Part shown: positions 7,505 to 16,520 of the stretch, piece after piece
Numbering within the stretch: the first letter of the stretch is position 1
Layout: every line of letters begins with the position of its first letter
Origin: an uncultured Bacilli bacterium
GTDB lineage: Bacteria; Bacillota_I; Bacilli_A; RFN20; CAG-826
NCBI GenBank assembly: GCA_934725985.1
Contig: CAKVCX010000001.1
Span: 815,963-879,962, forward strand
Direction of reading: 5' to 3'
DNA: 64,000 nt
The notes under the pieces: generated by a model
What the model was told of the DNA's origin: nothing
The model's input: only the letters and a program-made list of their open reading frames with translations
Databases searched by the model: none
Translations under genes and position numbers: made by a program

Positions 7505-8620
7505 ATGAAAAAGAAATTTATTCCATTACTTTCATTGCTTACTTTAGGAGGCACTTTGGCATCCTGTGGCAATACTAATACCAATTGGACATGGAAAGAT
7601 GCCATTGCCGATGGAGAATTGGGCTATGTTATTTTAGTTGGAGAAGACGGCAACCCAGAAGCCGAAGATCGTACAAAAGGTTGTATCGATGCCATGAATG
7701 AAATTGCTAAAGAAGGCAATTTCGTCGCCAAAGAATTAGAAAGAAAAACCTGCATTAATGAAGGCGGGTCTTGGAACGATACAGTCGCTAAAGAAACCGT
7801 TGAAACTTGGACAAAAAAATTTAAAGGCAAATTAGACTTCATCATCTCAAATAACGATGGTATGGCTATTGCAGCCGCTAACGCTAGTGGATTAGCAAAA
7901 GGCACTCCAATCATTGGTTTCGACGCTCTTTCTGCTGCCTGCGATATGATTAAAGAAGGCACACTAGCTGGTTCGGTTTCCCAAAATGGTGACGACCAGG
8001 CTTTAGCAACCGTTAGAGTTTTAACAAATTTAATCAAAGGATCTTCCGCTGTTATTGATTCAACGTATGGCGGAAAAGCCGAATTGAATCTTGAAGGTTT
8101 AAGCAAGCATATTGTCCAAACCAAATTTGCTGCCGTTACTAAACAAAACGCCGATAGTTTAAAGCCAGGTTCCTATGTCAATGTTGCCGAAGATAGCGAA
8201 ATTAAAGGCAAAAAGATGCTTGTTGCTACCTATAATAATAACGATAACTTCATTAAAGAAACCTATAGACAAGCCTTACCGGCTTATGCACAAAAGCTTG
8301 GTTATACAGTTGATGTTGTAGAAGGCGATGGAATCGATGATGCCGTTTTACAACAAAGAATCCAAACACAAATCAGTAAGACTCAATACGATTGCTTCGC
8401 TTTCAATATCATTACCCATTCGAATTGGACTTCTTATCAAGACATGGTCGGGGATAAGCCATTGGTCTTCTTCAACCGTCAGCCAAAAACAAGCGATAAT
8501 AAAGAAGTCGCTGATTTGTCTTCGGAAGAAAAGACGTATTTCGTTGGCTCTGGTAGCGTTGGGCAAGGCCTCGCTCAAGGACAAATCATAAAAGATTGGT
8601 ATCACGCACTCGAGAAGTAG
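7505..8620 (+). CDS. ABC-transporter sugar-binding lipoprotein of the PBP type I (MglB-like) fold with an apparent circular permutation of the fold
   Basis: Lipoprotein signal MKKKFIPLLSLLTLGGTLASCGN with a strong AAAAGGAGG ribosome-binding site. The motif order is inverted relative to the upstream paralog and to E. coli MglB. The C-lobe motifs come first: YVILVGEDGNPEAEDRTKG near residue 40, compared with MglB [17 protein letters not shown], and IISNNDGMAIAA near residue 115. The N-lobe motifs come last: KKMLVATYNNNDNF near residue 237, PLVFFNRQP near residue 320, and KTYFVGSGSVGQGLAQGQIIKDWY at the C-terminus, compared with MglB [21 protein letters not shown]. Confidence 0.8.
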   Translation: MKKKFIPLLSLLTLGGTLASCGNTNTNWTWKDAIADGELGYVILVGEDGNPEAEDRTKGCIDAMNEIAKEGNFVAKELERKTCINEGGSWNDTVAKETVETWTKKFKGKLDFIISNNDGMAIAAANASGLAKGTPIIGFDALSAACDMIKEGTLAGSVSQNGDDQALATVRVLTNLIKGSSAVIDSTYGGKAELNLEGLSKHIVQTKFAAVTKQNADSLKPGSYVNVAEDSEIKGKKMLVATYNNNDNFIKETYRQALPAYAQKLGYTVDVVEGDGIDDAVLQQRIQTQISKTQYDCFAFNIITHSNWTSYQDMVGDKPLVFFNRQPKTSDNKEVADLSSEEKTYFVGSGSVGQGLAQGQIIKDWYHALEK

Positions 8621-8636
8621 TTTAAAAACAAAAGAA

Positions 8637-8668
8637 AGTAGGGTGCTTAGTCACCCTACTTTTGTTGC
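8637..8668 (+). terminator. Intra-operon hairpin (partial terminator or attenuator) between the binding-protein gene and the ATPase gene
   Basis: AGTAGGGTG-cttagt-CACCCTACT, a 9-bp stem, is followed by TTTGTTGC. This is a typical site for differential expression of a binding protein relative to the membrane components. Confidence 0.5.
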
Positions 8669-8685
8669 ATTAGTAGGAGAAAAAG

Positions 8686-10179
8686 ATGAGCGAAAATATT
8701 TTAGAAATACGCGGACTCTCCAAATCGTTTGGCAAAAACCACGTCTTAAAAAACATTGATCTTTCCGTTAAAAAAGGAAGCGTCATGGGGCTAATGGGGG
8801 AAAATGGCGCTGGAAAATCCACGATGATGAAGTGCCTTTTTGGGATTTATGCAAAAGATGATGGAGCTATTTATCTTGATGGCCGTTCTATAGACTTTGA
8901 TGATCCGAAAGACGCTTTAGAAAACGGGGTGGCCATGGTTCATCAAGAATTAAACCAATGTTTGGATAGGACTGTTTTAGATAACATGTGGTTAGGACGA
9001 TACAAAACCAAATTTGGCGTCGTCGATGAAAATTACATGCTTTATGAAACCAAAGGCCTTTTTTCGCGTTTAGGAATTCAAGTGAATCCTAAGCAAAAAA
9101 TGAGAACTATGTCCGTTTCCCAAAGGCAGATGGTAGAAATTGCCAAGGCCGTTTCATATGATTCAAAACTTATTGTTTTAGATGAGCCAACCTCTTCCTT
9201 GACTGAACCTGAAGTTAAAAAATTATTTAAAATCGTTAATGAATTAAAGACTAAAGGCGTTTCATTCATTTATATCTCTCATAAAATGGATGAAGTTTTT
9301 GAGATTTGCGATGAAGTGTCCGTGCTTCGCGATGGCGAGATGATTTTAAGTAAATCCATTAAAGATACTGATATTAATGAGCTTATTTCAGCCATGGTCG
9401 GAAGAAGCTTGACCCAAAGATTTCCTCCGGTTACAAATTCTCCAGGAGAAGTTATCCTTGAAATTCAAAACTTATCAACGATGTATTCTCCACTTTTACG
9501 CGATGTTTCTTTTTCGGTTAAAAAAGGAGAGATATTTGGGATATATGGCCTAGTTGGGGCAGGTAGAAGCGAACTATTAGAAACTTTATTCGGGATGCGT
9601 ACTATAAAAACTGGGAAGATTATATACAAAGGAAAGCAAATATTTATAACCTCTCCTAGCGAAGCCATGAAATATAATTTTGCCTTTGTTACAGAAGAAA
9701 GAAAGGCATCTGGGCTTTTCTTAAAAGGCAATCTTGTCTTTAACACCACAATTACCAATCTAGACAAATACAAAACGTTTGGAGTTCTAGATAATAGAAA
9801 ACTAACTGATGCAACAACAAGAGAAATTAAGCAAATGCATACAAAATGCATGGGACCTAATGATCTTATTTCTTCTTTAAGCGGAGGAAACCAGCAAAAG
9901 GTCATCATCGGAAAGTGGCTAGAAAGAGATCCGGACCTATTCTTGCTTGACGAACCGACAAGAGGGATTGATGTCGGGGCTAAATATGAAATTTATCAAT
10001 TAATCATCAATCTAGCGAAGAAAGGCAAAACCTGCATTGTTGTCTCTAGCGAAATGCCAGAGATTCTAGGAATTACCAATCGTATTGCTGTAATGAGCAA
10101 TTATCGTTTGTCCGGTGTTGTCAATACAAAAGAAACGAATCAAGAAGAGTTGTTAAGACTCTCTGCAAAATATTTATAG
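8686..10179 (+). CDS. Sugar ABC-transporter ATP-binding protein with two tandem ATPase domains (MglA/RbsA/XylG, CUT2 family)
   Basis: Walker A GENGAGKST. A second nucleotide-binding domain carries the signature LSGGNQQK and Walker B LLDEPTRGID. The 497-aa length matches CUT2 ATPases. Confidence 0.9.
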   Translation: MSENILEIRGLSKSFGKNHVLKNIDLSVKKGSVMGLMGENGAGKSTMMKCLFGIYAKDDGAIYLDGRSIDFDDPKDALENGVAMVHQELNQCLDRTVLDNMWLGRYKTKFGVVDENYMLYETKGLFSRLGIQVNPKQKMRTMSVSQRQMVEIAKAVSYDSKLIVLDEPTSSLTEPEVKKLFKIVNELKTKGVSFIYISHKMDEVFEICDEVSVLRDGEMILSKSIKDTDINELISAMVGRSLTQRFPPVTNSPGEVILEIQNLSTMYSPLLRDVSFSVKKGEIFGIYGLVGAGRSELLETLFGMRTIKTGKIIYKGKQIFITSPSEAMKYNFAFVTEERKASGLFLKGNLVFNTTITNLDKYKTFGVLDNRKLTDATTREIKQMHTKCMGPNDLISSLSGGNQQKVIIGKWLERDPDLFLLDEPTRGIDVGAKYEIYQLIINLAKKGKTCIVVSSEMPEILGITNRIAVMSNYRLSGVVNTKETNQEELLRLSAKYL

Positions 10180-10189
10180 AGGCAAAAAG

Positions 10190-11893
10190 ATGGAAAACAT
10201 TATAGAAACTCTTTCTGAAAAAACCTTATTGGAAAGAATAAAAAAGAATCAAGACGAAATCGATAGACTTAGACTCAATGGGGCCGAGAAAATCGATATT
10301 CTTAAAAATGAAATCAATAATATCAAAAGAAACTATCAACTTGATAAAGAGACAAAAAAGAAGTTGATTGAAAAAAATAAAGAAGAGATTAACAAAGCCA
10401 AAATTGTCAAAGAAGAAAACGCTAATGCCTTAAAAGACTTAAAAAAGCGTTCAATCGATGAAATTCATAAAGGCTATTCTCCTCTTATAAAAGCGGAAGA
10501 AGAAAAAGCTAAAAAAAGAAATCTAGAAGAAAAAGAAAAATATCTTGCTTCTTTAGCTAAAAACCGCGAAGAAAGGGATTCTTCTTTAGCTGCTTTAAAA
10601 AAAGAATTTGAAACAAATCCACTTCCTGCCGATAAAAAAGAAAGGAAAACGGAAAAGAGAAATAGAAAATTGCGTTTAGATGAAGTGGCCTCCATCTATA
10701 AACAAAAATGCAATGACGCCACAATTGCATATAAAGATGTTGTCGATGAAGGAAAAGAAGCCGTGCATGCTTTATATCTAAGCAAATATGGTGCTATTGA
10801 AAAAGCAAATAACAAAAAGCTTCCTATACTTTTCAAATTTGAACAAAAGTTTGAAGATGAAAAATATAATTTTAATCTCAAGTCTTTCTTCCTTAAGAAT
10901 GGGTTATATTTAACAATTCTTCTTTTGATGATCATAGCTACTATCTATTATGCTGCACAAGGCAATGGATTCTTGTTTAATGGGGATAATATCTTGCTTA
11001 TTCTTAACCAAGTATCGCCAAAGATTTTCTTGGCATTAGGTGTAGCGGGCTTAATTGTTTTAGCTGGTACCGACTTAAGCATTGGCCGACTTGTTGGTAT
11101 GTCAGCCGTCTTTACGGGAATGTTAGTTACAACAAGTGGAGAAACATCTGTTACCTTTTTTGGGACTTCGCCTAATTTTACTGCCATCCCATTAGGATTA
11201 AGAGTAATTCTGGCTTTCTTATTGTCTATTGTTTCTTGTTCTCTTATTTCCGGAATCGCAGGGTTTTTCACTGCTAAATTTAAAATGCATCCATTCATTT
11301 CAACTTTAGCTACCCAATTATTTACATTTGGTATTATGGCCGGTGTTACTGGTAACTCCTTTACCGGTGCTCCAGATAGAGAAGTAACGGCAATAGTATC
11401 AGGAAAAGGGCTAGGGGATGGAGATTTTCCAATCATGATTATTTGGGCTGCCTTAGGTGTTTTTGTCATGTGGTTTATTTGGAATAAAACCAAGTTTGGC
11501 AAAAACATGTTTGCAGTTGGCGGGAATCCAGAAGCCGCTTCTGTATCTGGCATTAACGTATTTAAAGTAACTATGTTAGTGTTTATCCTTGCTGGTATTT
11601 ATTATGGTATCGGCGGAAGCATTTATGGTATTTATACGGGGAATGTCAGGGCTCAAACCGGGCAAGGCATGGAAGCAGATGCCATTGCTGCTTGCGTTGT
11701 CGGTGGAGTTTCTTTCTCTGGCGGGGTTGGAAAAATAAGTGGAGTAGTTATTGGGGCCATTATCTTCCAAGCCATTGTTGTTGTTTTGCCAATGATCGGC
11801 ATTACCGATGCTAATTACCAATTAGCCATAAAAGGAATCATCATTCTTGCCGCCGTTACTCTTGACTGCGTTAAATACATTAAGAAAAAATAA
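10190..11893 (+). CDS. ABC sugar permease (MglC/RbsC-like, BPD_transp_2) fused to a charged, coiled-coil-like N-terminal extension of about 230 aa
   Basis: Residues 1-230 are rich in K/E/R with heptad-like spacing and no TM segment. Residues 233-567 form about 9-10 TM helices and carry CUT2 permease motifs (LAGTDLSIGRLVGMSAV, AVGGNPEAASVSGINV). There is a single uninterrupted ORF with no internal start candidate before the first TM helix. Confidence 0.85.
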   Translation: MENIIETLSEKTLLERIKKNQDEIDRLRLNGAEKIDILKNEINNIKRNYQLDKETKKKLIEKNKEEINKAKIVKEENANALKDLKKRSIDEIHKGYSPLIKAEEEKAKKRNLEEKEKYLASLAKNREERDSSLAALKKEFETNPLPADKKERKTEKRNRKLRLDEVASIYKQKCNDATIAYKDVVDEGKEAVHALYLSKYGAIEKANNKKLPILFKFEQKFEDEKYNFNLKSFFLKNGLYLTILLLMIIATIYYAAQGNGFLFNGDNILLILNQVSPKIFLALGVAGLIVLAGTDLSIGRLVGMSAVFTGMLVTTSGETSVTFFGTSPNFTAIPLGLRVILAFLLSIVSCSLISGIAGFFTAKFKMHPFISTLATQLFTFGIMAGVTGNSFTGAPDREVTAIVSGKGLGDGDFPIMIIWAALGVFVMWFIWNKTKFGKNMFAVGGNPEAASVSGINVFKVTMLVFILAGIYYGIGGSIYGIYTGNVRAQTGQGMEADAIAACVVGGVSFSGGVGKISGVVIGAIIFQAIVVVLPMIGITDANYQLAIKGIIILAAVTLDCVKYIKKK

Positions 11894-11901
11894 AGGAATT
11901 A

Positions 11902-11931
11902 AGAGCCATCATTTCAGATGGCTCTTTTTTT
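11902..11931 (+). terminator. Rho-independent terminator of the ABC-transporter operon
   Basis: AGAGCCATC-atttca-GATGGCTCT followed by TTTTTTT, located 9 nt after the permease stop. Confidence 0.65.
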
Positions 11932-11937
11932 GTACAA

Positions 11938-12240
11938 ATGATCGAATTTTATTATGCGTTTTTGATACTTTTATTGGGCTTTTTATCTGGAGTTATCGGC
12001 AGCATTGCATATTTGAAGGGGATAAGGGGAGAAGGGAAAAGTTACCCACATTATGAATTAATTCTTTCTGGCGTTCTTTTTGGATCGCTTGGGGTATTGC
12101 TAGTATTAATTTTATCTAAGGAAATAAAAGACGAAGATAAAATGCATAATCATTCTGCTTTATTTTCTAATTTAGCCATGCTTTTGATTCAAATTGGAAT
12201 TGTCTTCTTGCTTTCTTATTTTAAGGTCATTGTTTTTTAA
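11938..12240 (+). CDS. Small hydrophobic membrane protein (hypothetical; existence uncertain)
   Basis: A 100-aa ORF with three hydrophobic helices. It starts immediately after the terminator with no obvious ribosome-binding site, so it is low confidence. Confidence 0.3.
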   Translation: MIEFYYAFLILLLGFLSGVIGSIAYLKGIRGEGKSYPHYELILSGVLFGSLGVLLVLILSKEIKDEDKMHNHSALFSNLAMLLIQIGIVFLLSYFKVIVF

Positions 12241-12257
12241 TCTTTTAAATAGTTTGT

Positions 12258-12860
12258 TCAAACAATATTTTGCAGTTCGACTATTTTAAGAGAAATTTCT
12301 TTATTCTCTTTAATTGTTAATGCAATTTGATAATCATTATAAATTGTCGCCTTAGATGAATATACGTCCCCGTTAAATTGATAAATTCCAAGTTTAGATG
12401 GAATTGAATTTAATTTTGCTTTAAGCCCGATTCCTATGCATTTAAGAAGGCTCTCTTTTAAGCACCAAGTCAAAAAGAAGTCTTCCTTTTTTTGTATTTC
12501 CGTCTCTTCTTTTTTACTTGATATATAAGGAATTAACATTTTGTTAAAATCTCTAATTTTCTCTATGTCTAGGCCTAATTCAAATTTGTCTAAGGCTAGC
12601 CCGACAAATTCATTTGAATGGCTTAACGAAAAATGTTTCTTTTTTTTATATGGTTTACCTTCCTTTGTATAAAAATAATTGCCCTTTCCTACGTATTTTT
12701 CGATTAAATAAGAACCGCCTATTGATAAATAATAATCTTCTTTTTTTATGTATCTATTGGCTTTTTCTATTCTATTTTTTGGTAAAAAGGAGAGAATTTT
12801 TTCTTCGCTAGCTTTTATTTTTGCTGTGTTTAATAAATATATTGTTATTGTTTTTTCCAT
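12258..12860 (-). CDS. 4'-phosphopantetheinyl transferase, Sfp type (two half-domains)
   Basis: The PPTase motifs are HFSLSHSNEFVGLAL (FN.SHS), GLDIEKI (G.D.E) and FFLTWCLKESLLKCIGIGL (W..KEA..K..G.G). The 200-aa length fits the Sfp type rather than AcpS. Confidence 0.6.
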   Translation of the reverse strand: MEKTITIYLLNTAKIKASEEKILSFLPKNRIEKANRYIKKEDYYLSIGGSYLIEKYVGKGNYFYTKEGKPYKKKKHFSLSHSNEFVGLALDKFELGLDIEKIRDFNKMLIPYISSKKEETEIQKKEDFFLTWCLKESLLKCIGIGLKAKLNSIPSKLGIYQFNGDVYSSKATIYNDYQIALTIKENKEISLKIVELQNIV

Positions 12861-12957
12861 TTTTTAGTCTAGATTGTTTTTTTGTTTATTAAAGGAAGAA
12901 AAAAGCTTTTATATCCTTTATTAGTTTAACATGCCTTTGCCATTGTTAATAAAAGAA

Positions 12958-12985
12958 AAAAGCACGGCTAAATGCCGTGCAAAAA
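12958..12985 (-). terminator. Hairpin terminator after the uxuA-uxuB operon on the minus strand, flanked by A and T runs on both sides and so potentially bidirectional
   Basis: The plus strand reads AAAAAAGCACGGC-taaa-TGCCGTGCAAAAAG. On the minus strand the stem is followed by a T-run directly downstream of the SDR stop at 13000. Confidence 0.55.
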
Positions 12986-12999
12986 GGTCTTTATGGTTA

Positions 13000-13842
13000 T
13001 TAGACGCCCGAATAGGATGAGAATCCTCCATCAATTGGAAGGACGACTCCAGTTATAAAGGAGGCAGCTTCTTCGCTAGATAAGAATAAAGTTGCCCCGA
13101 TTAATTCTTCTACTTCACCGAATCTTCCCATGGGGGTACTGTTCAAGATTTTTCCTGTCCTAGCGGTTGGCGTACCGTCTTTATTCCATAGCAATTCTTT
13201 GTTTTGAGTAGTGGAGAAAAACCCTGGTGCTATTGCATTAACCCTAATCCCAACTTTTGAAAAATAAACGGCTAGCCATTTAGTAAAATTAGATATTGAG
13301 GCTTTAGCCCCGCTATAAGCAGGGATTTTAGTAAGAGGGGTAAAGGCATTCATGGATGAAATATTTAATATGGAACAGCCTTTTCTATTAATCATGTCAG
13401 TTGCAAATTCCTGCGTAACCAAAAGAGTACCCATGAAATTTAAATTGAAGACAAATTCTATTCCAGCTTCATCTAATTCAAAAAATGACTTAATGCCTTC
13501 TACTTCTGGATTAAAATATTCATCGTCTGTAGAAGCTTTTGGGGAATTTCCACCCGCCCCGTTAATTAAAATATCTACTTTCCCAAATGTATCTAATATT
13601 TCTTTATGGCATTTTGCAATTTCATCTTTTTTTAAGACATTAACTGCAAATCCTTTCGCAATCCCCCCTTCATTTATTATTTCTTTAGCAACTAAGTCAG
13701 CCTTGTCCTTTGCTAAATCCAACACGGCGACTTTAGCTTTTGAAGAGGCAAAAGCTTTTGCTAGAACCGAGCAAATAACTCCTCCTGCCCCTGTAATGGC
13801 AACTACCTTGTTTTCAAAATTGACATTTAATGGTAATTTCAT
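13000..13842 (-). CDS. uxuB: SDR-family D-mannonate oxidoreductase (fructuronate reductase, UxuB-like), or a related KduD-like dehydrogenase
   Basis: Rossmann motif VVAITGAGGVICSVLAKAF and SDR catalytic motif YSGAKAS. It lies directly downstream of uxuA in the same operon (13-nt gap), as in Firmicute uxuA-uxuB pairs. Confidence 0.75.
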   Translation of the reverse strand: MKLPLNVNFENKVVAITGAGGVICSVLAKAFASSKAKVAVLDLAKDKADLVAKEIINEGGIAKGFAVNVLKKDEIAKCHKEILDTFGKVDILINGAGGNSPKASTDDEYFNPEVEGIKSFFELDEAGIEFVFNLNFMGTLLVTQEFATDMINRKGCSILNISSMNAFTPLTKIPAYSGAKASISNFTKWLAVYFSKVGIRVNAIAPGFFSTTQNKELLWNKDGTPTARTGKILNSTPMGRFGEVEELIGATLFLSSEEAASFITGVVLPIDGGFSSYSGV

Positions 13843-13854
13843 TTTTTATCTCCT

Positions 13855-14892
13855 TTATTTTAATTCGGCCATTTCAAATAAACCGTTTATATAGGTGGCT
13901 CCTAAAGCTCTATCGAATAAGCCATATCCAGGTTTGCCATCTTCTCCAAAAATGTTTCTACCATGATCTGGCCTAACATAACCATCAAAGCCATTGTCGA
14001 CTAATGCCTTGACTATTTTGCCCATGTTCAAACTTCCGTCTTTGCTAAAATGTCCTACTTCGCAGAAAGAATCCTTTTCATCTGTATACAAGACGTTTCT
14101 TAAATGGGCAAAGTGAATACGTCCTTGCTTGCTATATTTTGCACCCATCTTTACTAAGTCATTTTTTCTTCCTGCCCCTAATGAGCCTGTGCAGAAAGTC
14201 AAACCGTTTCTAGTCGAGGGGATGGCGTTAAACAATTTGTCTAAATCTTCTTCGGTAGAAATAATACGAGGCAAGTTAAAGATGTCCCACGGGGGATCAT
14301 CTGGATGAATGGCCATGTTAACATCATATTTTTCACACACGGGTATTATTTTTTTTAGAAAATAAACCAAGTTAGAGAAAAGCTGTTCATGGGAAATATT
14401 TTTATAAATATTCAATAATCCTTTTAATTCATCCTTGGAATAGGATTCATCCCAACCTGGCAAATGAAGATTGTTTGGATCGATTTTCTTGAAGTCTTCA
14501 TAAGAATAACTTAAGGAATTGCTTCCGTCTTTATTTTGATGATGCAAGGAAGTTCTTAACCAATCGAAAACCGGCATAAAGTTATAACAAACGCATTTAA
14601 CGCCGACTTCAGAGCATAATTTTATGTTTTGAATGTAGTTTTCTATGTATTTATCTCTATTTGGCCCAGCGTATTTTATTTCCTCATGGACTGGAATAGA
14701 TTCAATTACTTCCATGGTCAAGCCATCTTTATTGGCTGTTCTTTTTAGTTCTTCTAAACTTTCCTTTTTCCAAACTTCTCCAACTTTAACATCGTAACAA
14801 GCCGTTACAACACTATACATGTTAGGAATTTGTCTAATGTAATCTAGGGGTATTGAATCGTTTTTCCCATACCATCTAAATGTTAGTTTCAT
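13855..14892 (-). CDS. uxuA: Mannonate dehydratase
   Basis: The N-terminus MKLTFRWYGKNDSIPLDYIRQIP matches the E. coli UxuA N-terminus. Further matches are CYNFMPVFDW, HPDDPP and RPDHG. Confidence 0.9.
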   Translation of the reverse strand: MKLTFRWYGKNDSIPLDYIRQIPNMYSVVTACYDVKVGEVWKKESLEELKRTANKDGLTMEVIESIPVHEEIKYAGPNRDKYIENYIQNIKLCSEVGVKCVCYNFMPVFDWLRTSLHHQNKDGSNSLSYSYEDFKKIDPNNLHLPGWDESYSKDELKGLLNIYKNISHEQLFSNLVYFLKKIIPVCEKYDVNMAIHPDDPPWDIFNLPRIISTEEDLDKLFNAIPSTRNGLTFCTGSLGAGRKNDLVKMGAKYSKQGRIHFAHLRNVLYTDEKDSFCEVGHFSKDGSLNMGKIVKALVDNGFDGYVRPDHGRNIFGEDGKPGYGLFDRALGATYINGLFEMAELK

Positions 14893-15074
14893 ATCGATTC
14901 CTCCATTATTAATGATATACGTTTAATAATTTTATAAAAATTGCAATTTATTTAATAAATAATTGTGAAACTTTAATTTATATTTTAAATGAAAAATTGA
15001 AATATTTTTACGAAAATATTGTAATTGTTTCTATAAACAAGGCAGTTATAATGCTTTTTTGTGGGAGTGAGTTA

Positions 15075-16520
15075 ATGGGTAAAAAGCTTTTGGAAAATAA
15101 ATTTTTCGACTCAAGGGCAAAAAAAGAGAAAGTGACTTTCTATGAAATGGCTTTTGGCTATTTAATTGGTCCATTCGGCGCTTTGCTAGGAAGTGGCGTT
15201 TTTACAAGCTTTTTAAATAGATATTGGACCGATTGTCTATTTGCTGATACTAAGGTCGACGGAGAGTTTCCTTTAAACATTACGCTTTTTTTAACTTTAT
15301 TGCCGTTAATTGGAACCGTTCTAATTGTCATTGGCAATTTAGTTGCCGGTAGGCTAATTGATAAGACGAAATCTAAGCAAGGAAAAGCTAGACCTTGGAT
15401 ATTGCTAACTTCTATTCTTCTAGCTGTTTCTAGCGTTATTTTATTTGTATGTCCTATAGGCTCTCCTATAGCTAAGATGATAGTTACTTCTATTGGGTAT
15501 GTCCTTTATTATGCGGTGAGCTTTCCTTTGTATAATACAGCGAATTCCTCTTTGATCCCTTTATCTACTAGAGACGGAAAGAAAAGAAGTTTACTAGCAA
15601 GTTTAGCCAATATTTCCCATTTGGGTGTAATGGGATTTGGCCAAATGATATTTGGTGCAATCGTCATTAATTTCTTGATTGGGTATGATGGAATAAAATG
15701 GATGATTGCTTTTTTAATAATTGGTGTCATTACATTTGTTTGTGCCTTGCTTCAATATTTCAATACGAGGGAAAGAGTCAGCGAGGAACTTTCTGAATCT
15801 GAAGTTGATAGTAATAAGCAAGTATCTTTAAAAGAACAATTTTTAGCAATTTGCAAAGACGGATATTTTTGGCTAATTATAGTTTTCTATTTGTTTTTCC
15901 AAGTTTCTGGTGCCTTTAAAAACACCTCAATGGTTTATTTTTGCGATTTAGTTTTAAATAAAGCCGAAGGAATCACGGCTGAAACTTATACAACCATATT
16001 AGCTGTTTTAGGGGCTGTGCCTATGGCCGTTGCTTCTATTTTTTGCTATCCCTTGTCAAATAAAATAGGAAAGAAAAATCTTGTTTTGATTGGCTTAGGG
16101 CTTGGGGTAGTTGGTGGTGTAATTGCTGGAATTGCCAATGGAAACGTAATAATAGTATCGATTGGCGTGGCTTTAAAATGTCTTGGTAGTTCACCTGCTT
16201 GTTATCTAATTTTAGCAATGATTAGTGATGTTATAGAACATATAGAAGCAAAAAAAGGCATTAGATGTGATGGCTTAATAATGTCCATATATTCTTCTAT
16301 CATGGTCGCGGCTACTCCGATTGCAACAGGCATATTTAATGCTATGGGTGGCTCGACTAGTTCTTTGATTTCTAATATTTCCTATGTTTGGATAGAGACA
16401 ATTGCCTATGGTTTATGCTTTCTTGTTATGCTCTTTTTTAATGTAGAAAAACATTCTAGCGAGGATAAATTCATAATAGAGGAAAGGAAACTTAAAAATA
16501 GTGGGGAGGTAGACAAATGA
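15075..16520 (+). CDS. MFS transporter of the glycoside-pentoside-hexuronide (GPH):cation symporter family; candidate glucuronide/hexuronide permease
   Basis: GPH-type N-terminus MGKKLLENKFFDSRAKKEKVTFYEMAFGYLIGPFGALL followed by 12 TM helices. The start was moved from the ORF-track ATG (14997) to the ATG at 15075 with a GGGAGTGAG ribosome-binding site. It overlaps uxaC (ATGA) and is divergent from uxuA. Confidence 0.85.
   Translation: MGKKLLENKFFDSRAKKEKVTFYEMAFGYLIGPFGALLGSGVFTSFLNRYWTDCLFADTKVDGEFPLNITLFLTLLPLIGTVLIVIGNLVAGRLIDKTKSKQGKARPWILLTSILLAVSSVILFVCPIGSPIAKMIVTSIGYVLYYAVSFPLYNTANSSLIPLSTRDGKKRSLLASLANISHLGVMGFGQMIFGAIVINFLIGYDGIKWMIAFLIIGVITFVCALLQYFNTRERVSEELSESEVDSNKQVSLKEQFLAICKDGYFWLIIVFYLFFQVSGAFKNTSMVYFCDLVLNKAEGITAETYTTILAVLGAVPMAVASIFCYPLSNKIGKKNLVLIGLGLGVVGGVIAGIANGNVIIVSIGVALKCLGSSPACYLILAMISDVIEHIEAKKGIRCDGLIMSIYSSIMVAATPIATGIFNAMGGSTSSLISNISYVWIETIAYGLCFLVMLFFNVEKHSSEDKFIIEERKLKNSGEVDK

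Noticed and set aside
11847-12056. 69-aa ORF overlapping the end of the permease gene and the terminator
   Set aside because: It spans the intrinsic terminator hairpin and overlaps two better-supported ORFs. It is almost certainly not coding.
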